Part shown: one piece after another, positions 12,201 through 22,654 of the stretch | How the letters are laid out: each line of letters starts with the position of its first letter | Position numbering within the stretch: the first letter of the stretch is position 1 | Source of the DNA: Antedon mediterranea | Taxonomy: Eukaryota > Animalia > Echinodermata | Assembly (NCBI RefSeq): GCF_964355755.1 | Contig: NC_092675.1 | Span: 22,726,912-22,790,911, forward strand | Direction: 5' to 3' | Length of the DNA stretch: 64,000 nt | Notes under the pieces: generated by a model | Databases searched by the model: none | What the model saw: the letters and a program-made list of their open reading frames with translations, nothing else | Told to the model about the DNA's origin: nothing | Program-made: the position numbers and the translations under genes

Positions 12201-15200
12201 TCATGTTGCAACAGAGACTTTGAAAAATGTTGAGTTCCCTAAAATTGCACCTGTGTACTCAAAATATAGGTATAGTATTTGTTCATAAAGTTTAAAATTG
12301 CAGCTCTGTGTTAACTAGAAGCAAAAATTGCATGCAAAAGGTGCATAAAAAGCATCACACTATCCCCAAATATAGCTCTAATGCATTTAGCACAAGCTTG
12401 GTTCCCACTAGGATGTATGGCAAGGACGTAAACGCAACACAAGCGTGTTGACCAATGACAAGCGACAGTTAGCATAATCCATCATTTGTGATTTGTCAAC
12501 TCCTTGTGTTGCATCTTTAGTGAGAACCAAGCATTAAAGAGAATACTGCATAAATAGAAAACAAAAATGTAATGATAATAAAACCAACCATAGTCATATT
12601 GATGTCTTGCTGGTTCTTTTGGTTTAGGCTCTATCAGCAGCTGGCCTTTAAAACCAATCTTCTCCTTGTATTCTAATAACAAATGAAATTAATTATTTGT
12701 TTTTTTGTTGTTGTTTGTGTGGTTAACATAATTTTAAAAAAATCAGGGTCCTGTTGTCCACAGCAGTGAAGGTGAATAATGGACCACTTAAGATGCAATG
12801 CATGTGGATATTGAAAGATGCAATGCATGTGGACACTGAGCGATGCAATGCATGTGGACACTGAGTGATGCAATGCATGTTGACACTGAGCGATGCAATG
12901 CATGTGGACACTGAGTGATGCAATGCATGTGGACACTGAAAGATGCAATGCATGTGGACACTGAGTGATGCAATGCATGTGGACACTGAGCGATGCAATG
13001 CATGTGGACACTGAGTGATGCAATGCATGTGGACACTGAGTGATGCAATGCATGTGAACACTGAGTGATGCAATGTATGTGGACACTGAGCGATGCAATG
13101 CATGTGAACACTGAGTGATGCAATGCATGTGGACACTGAGCGATGCAATGCATGTGGACACTGAAAGATGCAATGCATGTGGACACTGAAAGATGCAATG
13201 TATGTGGACACTGAGTGATGCAATGCATGTGAACACTGAAAGATGCAATGCATGTGAACACTGAGCGATGCAATGTATGTGGATATTGAAAGATGCAATG
13301 CATGTGGACACTGAGAGATGCAATGCATGTTGACACTGAGCGATGCAATGCATGTGGACACTGAGCGATGCAATGCATGTGGACACTGAAAGATGCAATG
13401 CATGTGAACACTGAAAGATGCAATGCATGTGGACACTGAGCGATGCAATGCATGTGGACACTGAGCGATGCAATGCATGTGGACACTGAGCGATGCAATG
13501 CATGTGGACACTGAAAGATGCAATGCATGTGAACACTGAAAGATGCAATGCATGTGGACACTGAGCGATGCAATGCATGTGGACACTGAGCGATGCAATG
13601 CATGTGGACACTGAGTGATGCAATGCATGTGGACACTGAGCGATGCAATGCATGTGGACACTGAAAGATGCAATGCATGTGGACACTGAAAGATGCAATG
13701 TATGTGGACACTGAGTGATGCAATGCATGTGAACACTGAGCGATGCAATGCATGTGGACACTGAAAGATGCAATGCATGTGGACACTGATGCAATGTATG
13801 TGGACACTTAAAGATGCAATGCATGTGGACACGGAAAGATGCAATGCATGTGGACACTGAGCGATGCAATGCATGTGGACACTGAGCGATGCAATGCATG
13901 TGGACAGTGAGCGATGCAATGCATGTGGACACTGATGCAATGTATGTGGACACTTAAAGATGCAATGCATGTGGACACGGAAAGATGCAATGCATGTGGA
14001 CACTGAGCGATGCAATGCATGTGGACACTGAGCGATGCAATGCATGTGAACACTGAGTGATGCAATGTATGTGGACACTTAAAGATGCAATGCATGTGGA
14101 CACTGAGCGATGCAATGCATGTGGACACTGAGCGATGCAATGCATGTGGACACTGAGCGATGCAATGCATGTGGACACTGAGCGATGCAATGCATGTGGA
14201 CACTGAGTGATGCAATGCATGTGGACACTGAGTGATGCAATGCATGTGAACACTGAGTGATGCAATGTATGTGGACACTTAAAGATGCAATGCATGTGGA
14301 CACTGAGCGATGCAATGCATGTGGACACTGAGCGATGCAATGCATGTGGACACTGAGTGATGCAATGCATGTGGACACTGAGCGATGCAATGCATGTGGA
14401 CACTGAGTGATGCAATGCATGTGGACACTGAGTGATGCAATGCATGTGGACACTGAGTGATGCAATGCATGTGGACACTGAAAGATGCAATGCATGTGAA
14501 CACTGAAAGATGCAATGCATGTGAACACTGAAAGATGCAATGCATGTGAACACTGAAAGATGCAATGCATGTGGACACTGAGCGATGCAATGCATGTGGA
14601 CACTGAGTGATGCAATGCATGTGGACACTGAGTGATGCAATGCATGTGGACACTGAGCGATGCAATGCATGTGGACACTGAGCGATGCAATGCATGTGGA
14701 CACTGAGCGATGCAATGCATGTGGACACTGAGCGATGCAATGCATGTGGACACTGAGCGATGCAATGCATGTGGACACTGAGCGATGCAATGCATGTGGA
14801 CACTGAGTGATGCAATGCATGTGAACACTGAAAGATGCAATGCATGTTGACACTGAGCGATGCAATGCATGTGGACACTGAAAGATGCAATGCATGTGGA
14901 CACTGAAAGATGCAATGCATGTGAACACTGAAAGATGCAATGCATGTGAACACTGAGCGATGCAATGCATGTGGACACTGAAAGATGCAATGCATGTGGA
15001 CACTGAAAGATGCAATGCATGTGGACACTGAAAGATGGAATGCATGTGAACACTGAAAGATGCAATGCATGTGAACACTGAAAGATGCAATGCATGTTGA
15101 CACTGAGCGATGCAATGCATGTGGACACTGAAAGATTCAATGCATGTGGACACTGAAAGATGCAATGCATGTGGACACTGAGCGATGCAATGTATGTGGA

Positions 15201-18200
15201 CACTGAGCGATGCAATGCATGTTGACACTGAGCGATGCAATGCATGTGGACACTGAGTGATGCAATGTATGTGGATATTGAAAGATGCAATGCATGTGAA
15301 CACTGAGCGATGCAATGCATGTGGACACTGAGCGATGCAATGTATGTGGATATTGAAAGATGCAATGCATGTTGACACTGAGCGATGCAATGCATGTGGA
15401 CACTGAGCGATGCAATGCATGTGGACACTGAGCGATGCAATGCATGTGGACACTGAGTGATGCAATGCATGTGGACACTGAAAGATGCAATGCATGTGGA
15501 CACTGAGAGATACAATGCATGTGGACACTGAGAGATGCAATGCATGTTGACACTGAGCGATGCAATGCATGTGGACACTGAGCGATGCAATGCATGTGGA
15601 CACTGAGTGATGCAATGCATGTGAACACTGAAAGATGCAATGCATGTGGACACTGAGCGATGCAATGCATGTGGACACTGAAAGATGCAATTCAAAATAA
15701 ATCAACAATTGATTTATTTTTTATTCATTTATGTTAAAAATACTGATCTGTCAAGAAATCAATCAAGAAAGCCTCTAAAATGTACTGCAGTTTTTCACCT
15801 ACCTACAACCATCTTTAGTATATTAGCCATGTTTTGAAGCTCAGAACGAATATCCGTGTTTAAGATAGTAAAGTAACCTTCTCGTCCACCCCAAAAAACT
15901 ACAGAAAAAAAACATGTTTTTTATTTCATATACAGTATTATTTTTAGAAAAACACAATTATTTCATTTTCTTTTAATATATTATGTGAAAAAGGAAATTG
16001 ATGTGTGCTGATGCTGCCTATTCATTCATGAGTAGTGTACTTCCAATTTAGAAATCAATTTCGGACAATTAGCAGAGGTATGTGTTTAATTTGATCATTA
16101 TTGTACCAAAGTTTTCTGCATTCATCTTCTTGCCTATTTCTAGGCCCTTCTTGATCTGAGCAGCAGCATAAGCAACCACATGCGCATCAGGGTTCGTCAT
16201 AGCACCATTCATATACCTAAAATTGTATAAAAAAACCATGACAATTATAAACAAGTACTAAAAAGGCAGTGTTAGCCAGTGGCAACCTAAACATATGCAG
16301 ATTGATTGGTGTGCAGTATCAGGTGGTTGTAATGTTATATTAATACAGTCAACTCTTCCAATACCAGACACCTTTGGGCTGGCTTAATATGTCTGGATAT
16401 CTGGAAAGTCTGGTCTCGGAATGTAATTTGGGACATTTTAGACCTCAAGAAAAGTCTGGTTTTAGAAGAGTTTCCGGTTTTCAGAGAGTCCGGTATTGAG
16501 AGAGTTGACTGTAACACCTATTATAGTTTTTCCAGTTTACTTCAATAATAGATGGGTAGATAGATTCACATTCAATTTTTATTGTCAAGCCCGAGTTGTA
16601 ACTTTTTCAACTTCACTTCTTAAACCTTAAGCCTTGGATAACATAAGCATGCTAAAATTATATAAAGTAGGTTATCTTTCATGTAAATGGCAAGTTGTTC
16701 CCTGTTGGATGCTAATGAAATTTAAAAAAAAAATCAATGTACACATCAACTTCCATCAACGGTCCATTACAAACATCAATTGTTTTGTTTCTAGTCTGGC
16801 ACAACACAAAGTTTAACATATTTTAGCAAGATTTACCTTGGATTTGCAAATAAATTGCATGTGTTCCATAACAACTTGACTCCAGTCTGTTCCATTAATT
16901 CTAAGGCAAGATCTGTTATCTCATCAAGATTACGATTGGTTTCTTCAAGGGTCTCGCCTTCAGGTGCAACATCTCTAAAAATAATCAACTTTCTTTATAC
17001 CTGGATTTTATGTATGAACAAAACAATATCATTCTTGATGGTAAACAAAACATTACTACAGTAAATTAAGATTTTAAGAGAATGTTTCAGTCCATGTTTT
17101 TTATTTTTTTTTCACCATATTTAATGAGGGTGATCCATCTAGCAATTGCTGATCATTAGGGACTCTCAGAGGTTCAAAAGACAAACAAATACACATGATG
17201 TTCTACATAAACAAAGTCTTATTACAAGTCTTTGAGAGTGAAGTTTGTTCTTAGAAAAAATCATGACATGTGATAGAACTCGAACCCAGTACCCTTGGAG
17301 TGGTAGCCAAGCATCATAATCATATGTTTAGGTTGAGCATTTAAAAAATGTGTGTGTCGTGCAGAACATGTAAATTGTGACGAGTTCAAATCCAGTTTGT
17401 TACCTGTCATGGAATGGGGATCCAGTCAAGTCGCCCCATCGCAAAGTCGCCCCATACAAAGTCGCCCCTTACACAGTCGCCCCATCGCAAAGTCGCCCCA
17501 AAACAAAGTCGCCCCGGCACAGTCGCCCCATCGCAAAGTCGCCCCATTACAAAGTCGCCCCATCGCAAAGTCGCCCCATCGCAAAGTCGCCCCAACGCAA
17601 AGTCGCCCCATTGCAAAGTCGCCCCAAAACGTTAAAAAATAGTTTACAAGTGCGTAAAATGTTGCAATGATACACAAAATAACACAGAACGTGTAGGCAT
17701 AGGAGAAGCCCCGCCATGTAGTCTCAGGTCACACGTTCGGCACGCACCCCCATCAGAGAGGAAGCCCCCGACTAATCACTCCGCGGTCGCACTAACGTGC
17801 TAGCTCACCATGAGAGGGAAACCCCCGTAATTACTCCGCCGTTGCCGTTGTCGCGCTCTACAACGCACCATCTGAAGATGGGGAAACCCCGCCGGAGTTT
17901 TTATCGGTTTTAATCATATTGGGTGCGTTTGATATCGATTGCGTTGTTACTTTGGTCGCGCTAAATGTCGTATACATTATAATGTTTATCCTATTATATA
18001 CATAATTTGTGTTTAAATTTTTATTTTACAGGTTTTAATGGAGTGATGTGCTTTTTAAAAATCATTTAAAAAAATAGTCCCTAAAAAGATTATCCCTGAT
18101 TTATAGTTTCGAAAATGTTAATTTAATATGATTTTAAAATTAGTTACCAGAGCCACAATTACGAATCTTTCTTCAACCTACGCGTGGATACCAGCTAATT

Positions 18201-21200
18201 TTTTAGGATAATATAATAAATGTATAAATGTGTAGTAGGCCTTCGTATAGATTTACAGTAGTTAAAACAATAACAGTGTTGTAAGACAATAAGTGTTATA
18301 GGCTACTTATTGATCATTTTGCATTTATTGACAAGTTATGTGTCTTAATTTTATAATGACTTTTCAAAATGAAGAAAAAAAAAGGGGATTTCATCGCCGA
18401 TGTGATTGTTTTACATGCAGGTATTAGTAAAATTAAAACGCGACATTTTGACCATGGAAAAACCATCGTACAGTATCGTGTGCGTGTTTTTTAAAAAGGG
18501 GAATCCCCGACGGTCAGCAGAAAGACGTAGCAGCTGTGAGGAAACAGATACCAGAAGGCGCAGCTCCGATTGGATTCAGAGAATGTTTCAGATGGCGAGT
18601 CGCCTTTTATTCAACAGCACAATGATCATTTTACTGAAGAAATTCTTTTCAATCCTTTTGGTTATAGAACATTCTAATTATAATGCCTAATAAATATCCT
18701 CTCATATCGGGTGTTTATTTAATTTAATTTTAAATTAAACAAGACAGTGAAGAGGCACGGAATAATACGTACACGGACGTACGACAAATACACACACGCA
18801 CGTTATCATTTACGACATAGTGGTGATATGATGCAATTTTATAATGGATATAATGATGGGATTGCCTTTCCAGGAGTCTTACAATCAATGTTCACTGTAA
18901 TACTATGTATATAATACTTAATAGTAAACTGAATGTTTATAAATAAATTGTTTTACGTAATTTGTTGCATATAAAATAAAAGACACAGACGTAGCCTACG
19001 TTTCCTATAAAATATTTCACATTTAAATAAGTACGTATGTACTGTTAAATGACATTATGCTGGATAATACTATATCTTAAACTATGTTTACAAATTGTCA
19101 TTTTTTAAGCCACACATCTTTCTCATAATACTGACCTGTAAAATAAAATAAAAAATCAATTATTAATATAGGCCTAATAATAATAATAAATATTCATCGA
19201 CCAAAGTAAAAATAATCTAGATCGTATAACATCATTTTATCGCGACCGATTTCGAACGCGACTGATATCATCGTAAAACTCCGGCGGGGTTTCCCCATCT
19301 TCAGATGGTGCGTTGTAGAGTGCGACAAAGGCAACGGCGGAGTAATTACGGGGGTTTCCCTCTCATGGTAAGCTAGCACGTTAGTGCGACCGCGGAGTGC
19401 GACCGCGGAGTGATTAGTCGGGGCTTCCTCTCTGATATGGGGGTGCGTGCCGATCGTGTGACCACCTGAGACTACATGGCGGGGCTTCCCCTTTTATGCC
19501 TACACGTTCTGTGTTATTTTGTGTATCATTGCAACATTTTACGCACTTGTAAACTATTTTTTAACGTTTTGGGGCGACTTTGCGATAGGGCGACTTTGTG
19601 ATGGGGCGACTTTGCGATGGAGCGACTTTGCGTTGGGGCGACTTTGCGATGGGGCGACTTTGCGATAGGGCGACTATGTCGGGGCGACTTTGTTTTGGGG
19701 CGACTTTGCGATGGGGCGACTGTGTAAGGGGCGACTTTGTATGGGGCGACTTTGCGATGGGGCGACTTGACTAGCATCCATGGAATGTCCAGTACTTGAT
19801 CCCTAGTTTGCTGAAGAATTCAAAGGCTGCTCTCAATCGTCGTTTCGCATTTTCCATGCTATCTGAACCTGAAATTAAATAAAACTACTGTTACTACAAG
19901 GAATATATGTAAAAGTGTTTTTGCTTGTCTTGTGGTTGTTCATGTTACATTTATTCTCAGTTTTTACAATATTACTTATCTTTATTTGTCATACATACAT
20001 GCATGAAATGGAATAAAATAAATATCAATACCAAAGTATAAATAAATATAAAAAAAGAAAAAAAATCATAAATAAAACAAAAACAGACTTACCATCATCC
20101 CATGGTCTTTTGATTGTTGGGAATCCAAAAGGATCTGCACCCACTCCTCTAAATGTATGCCAGAAACAAACTGAAAACCGTAACCACTCTGCCATTGTTC
20201 TACCATTTATTACCTAGAGATTAAAACGTTTTATATCTTAATTTCTACCTCACTATTTTGATAAAATTGATTATCATTAATTGTGGACCAGCCCGCTGGT
20301 AACGATAATTGAATGTGTAAAAAGGGAAAGAAACCTTGAATTAAAGGTGTATTGTCCTATTGATTAATTCTAAAAAAATAAAAAAAAAAAGATTTAGAAA
20401 AAAAGTGGGTCATTTTGAAGTATTATAATAGTTATTAATTTTCACAAAAAATTAGTCGAAAAAAAAAATGATTTAACTGAAATATAGACGTTTTTTTGTT
20501 AAAAAAATAACTTTGACTTCCAGTCAAAGTTTTCGATCAAAACATATCTCATAGTGCAACACGCTTGTTTGGTTACCCTGTATGCAAAATCATAAGACTT
20601 CCTTGCGATCTATGTGAAAACACCTTCTCAACCGTGACGAGTTGTAAACAATCCTAATTAGCATCATGCATAATGCATACTCGTGGTTTAAAATCTATGT
20701 TTACTTTCGCTCGATACGGATTTCCAGAAGATATGTAATCGAATAAATTTACCTATTAATTACGTAAACTTGTTGTTTTTGGCTTGAATTTTCATCTTGA
20801 AGTGAATAACTTTAATATTACTTTGATTTAAATTTAGAACATTTTGACCTTGATTTTTTGTGTTTCAAGGGACAATACATCTGGTTATTTATTAATTATT
20901 TATCTGAGAGAAAGTTTTAGCAGGAGAGGAAACATTTTACCTATTATTATAAGGCCTATCACAAATAGTTTGATTTCACGAGGAATGTCATTGCACAATG
21001 CATGATGGGAAGGGTTTGAGTCACGACAATGTGTACAAACAAAACAAATCATTTTGCGTTGTGACATACGTTTGCTCCCAAACCCTTCCCATCATGTGTT
21101 GCGCACCCTATTTTCGATAAACCTTATTATAGGCCTACCTCAGTTGCATTGTAATGTTTAAACACCATTACTTCGTCAGCACCTGCATCTGGTTTATACT

Positions 21201-22160
21201 GGATATTACCAATGCCTATACAAATATATATATATATAATGAAATAAGAACATATAAAAAGATAAAGTTAAAAGGAGTTTTAAAATAGGTACAATAATAT
21301 AGCCTAGCCTATAGACTATTGTTGCAAATAGTGAGTAGCCGATCATTATTCCTCAACCAAGATTAGATAGATGTCTGCTAGCGGCGCGCATTATGGACCC
21401 CTTACATCTATGGTGTCAGATGAAATTGGTCGGCCTTCAAATCGGTCGCGTTAAAATCAACATCCGGTATTTTGTATGGAGCGCCGCTAGATACGTGTTT
21501 CATCATATTAGTTTTGTTTGAAAACATTAGAATAAAAAACAAACACCATTATGAAAGACACAGATCCTTCTCCGATACCTGTAAAATAAAAAATGTAATA
21601 TTATTGATAATAAATATTTACTAACCAAATAAAAAATATCCACATAAATTAAATAATCTAGGCTAGTTCCTAAAAAATATCAATAAAATCTATAAAAACA
21701 TAGAAAAGTATATATCGCTCACATGTATCCCGCTCCATACAAAGTATCACGACTGCAATAAAATGCGACCGATTTCAAACGCGACCGCTAGTATAAAAGA
21801 CCGAAAAAGTTGATTTGATCGCGACCGATATCTTAACTAGGATATATGCCTAACATAGTAACAGCTAGCTAGGCTAGGCCCTAGCCTAGGCCTAGATAAT
21901 TTCAGGGCCTACTACTTAGCTACTAGTACTACTAGCCTAGGCTATTCGACTATGCTAGGCAGCTAGTTAGGCCAGGCCTAGCCTATGCGTTGCTAGTTTT
22001 TATGTTTAGTTGTTCCCGACGCGACATTAGTTAGGCCTACCTAGCCTAGCTAGGCCTAGATGTTAGTAGGCCCACCTTTAAAATAATCTTTCTGGTTTCC
22101 ATTGCTAGAAGCTCCTGTACCCCTAGCTTTCTTGGATTTTGGTGGAGCAAAAGCAGACAT
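9278..22160 (-). CDS. xylA: Xylose isomerase (class II), 13 exons, about 459 aa once the TE is removed; this allele is interrupted in exon 4 by a transposon
   Basis: GT-AG exons with consistent phases: 22160-22076, 21215-21139, 20213-20093, 19868-19780 + 17408-17404 (split by TE), 16974-16837, 16216-16107, 15898-15803, 12672-12589, 11814-11688, 11225-11120, 10923-10741, 10349-10275, 9361-9278 (TAG). Motifs present: [62 protein letters not shown]. Confidence 0.93.
10085..10240 (-). mobile_element. tRNA-derived SINE (related copies at about 17195-17322 minus and 51287-51435 plus)
   Basis: Minus strand ..GATGGTTATGATGCTTGGCTACCAATCCAAGGGTCCTGGGTTCAAGTCC has a tRNA-like head with a B-box. The body is shared with the 17.2-kb copy (AAACAAAGTCTTATTACAAGTCTT). 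Confidence 0.6.
10548..10681. mobile_element. Harbinger-like MITE family (other copies 46553-46685 partial, 54534-54676, 58495-58636)
   Basis: TIR AGCTCTGTyyACACTATCAAAC ... GTTTGATAgTGyAGACAGAGCT with TWA-like flanks. Four dispersed copies share an internal GACATCATCATGTCCAT..ATGGGCACAT segment. Confidence 0.7.
11308..11607. mobile_element. Partial Tc1/mariner-type MITE with TATTCAGGGGACAC subterminal repeats
   Basis: About 8 degenerate ATTCAGGGGACAC units. The right end GAGGCTCTACCG|TA resembles a pogo/Tigger-like terminus. Confidence 0.45.
12395..12533. mobile_element. Harbinger-like MITE (related copy 43731-43891, partial copy 43482-43634)
   Basis: TIR AGCTTGGTTCCCACTAG ... TAGTGrGAACCAAGC with internal ACGCAACACAAG / GACCAAT.ACAAGCGA repeats shared between copies. 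Confidence 0.65.
12792..15690. repeat. 25-bp tandem minisatellite (about 115 units) in xylose isomerase intron 7
   Basis: Unit GATGCAATGCATGTGGACACTGA(GC/GT/AA) repeated head to tail with few variants. Confidence 0.98.
16346..16511. mobile_element. Tc1/mariner (pogo-like) MITE
   Basis: TA|CAGTCAACTCT..CAATACC ... GGTATTGAGAGAGTTGACTG|TA: TIR with TA target duplication. Confidence 0.75.
17417..19779. mobile_element. Non-autonomous long-TIR DNA transposon (Mutator/foldback-like) inserted in xylose isomerase exon 4
   Basis: About 490-bp near-identical inverted arms (17417-about 17901; about 19275-19779) with tandem AAAGTCGCCCCATCGC subrepeats. TSD (C)ATGGAATG at 17408/9-17416 and 19779/80-19787. 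No transposase ORF inside. Confidence 0.92.
20345..20882. mobile_element. Kolobok-like MITE
   Basis: TTAA|AGGTGTATTGTCC ... GGACAATACATCT inverted termini. Related ends GGrACAATrCATCTTTAA at about 25695-25713 and 52068-52085. Confidence 0.5.
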
Positions 22161-22654
22161 TATTGTTCTTTTGTTGCTATTTATTTTGCTACAAATAACC
22201 TGTTTTTTTCCAGTAGAAAAGAGGCGTATCACGGTGGTACGACCGACCGATCATCTTCACTGGATCAGTAAACACACTCACAACCAATCAAAATGCTTTC
22301 ATAAATCCCAAGGTACCCCCATAAACGTGACTACCTAGCTACTAGCTAGCTACTGTCACTATTTTCTCGTTTTGAGACTTAAATGTCAACGATTTCATAA
22401 ATTTATCAATATATACGTGTACATTTTTATTATACAATAAACAACATTTTTTTTTCTATAGGAAATTAAATAGAGTGTGTATAATTCATCATAGTTTTAG
22501 GGAGTGTGCTCATTTCATAGAATGGTTATGGGAGCCTAGCTCTCTAGTTCGCTCAGCTCTATGTTGTCTCCATGCTTACGGAACGCCGACATGTTGTTGT
22601 CAAAGCAGCAGTAGTAGTAATTGCTCTGAACCAATTTGAAATGTGTTCTTCACA
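22161..22654. promoter_or_regulatory. Putative bidirectional promoter between xylose isomerase and the TIR-SAM gene
   Basis: Divergent ATGs at 22160 (minus) and 22655 (plus), 494 bp apart; CCAAT box (AACCAATCA) near 22282. Confidence 0.55.

Noticed and set aside
12792-15690. CRISPR-like array
   Set aside because: The repeats are contiguous with no unique spacers, there are no cas genes, and the context is eukaryotic.
12673-15708. Long His/Cys-rich ORFs (up to 584 aa) in three frames
   Set aside because: They are translations of a 25-bp satellite inside a xylose isomerase intron, open in all frames only because the unit lacks stops.
17352-17677. Cluster of short repetitive ORFs (also 19526-19777)
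   Set aside because: They derive from AAAGTCGCCCC subrepeats in the transposon TIRs.
17417-19779. Introner-like self-removing insertion
   Set aside because: On the gene strand the element begins (G)GATGCTAG and ends GGATCCC, with no GT/GC donor and AG acceptor placed to restore the frame.
9278-22160. Bacterial contamination or very recent HGT of xylA
   Set aside because: The gene has twelve canonical spliceosomal introns filled with host repeats.
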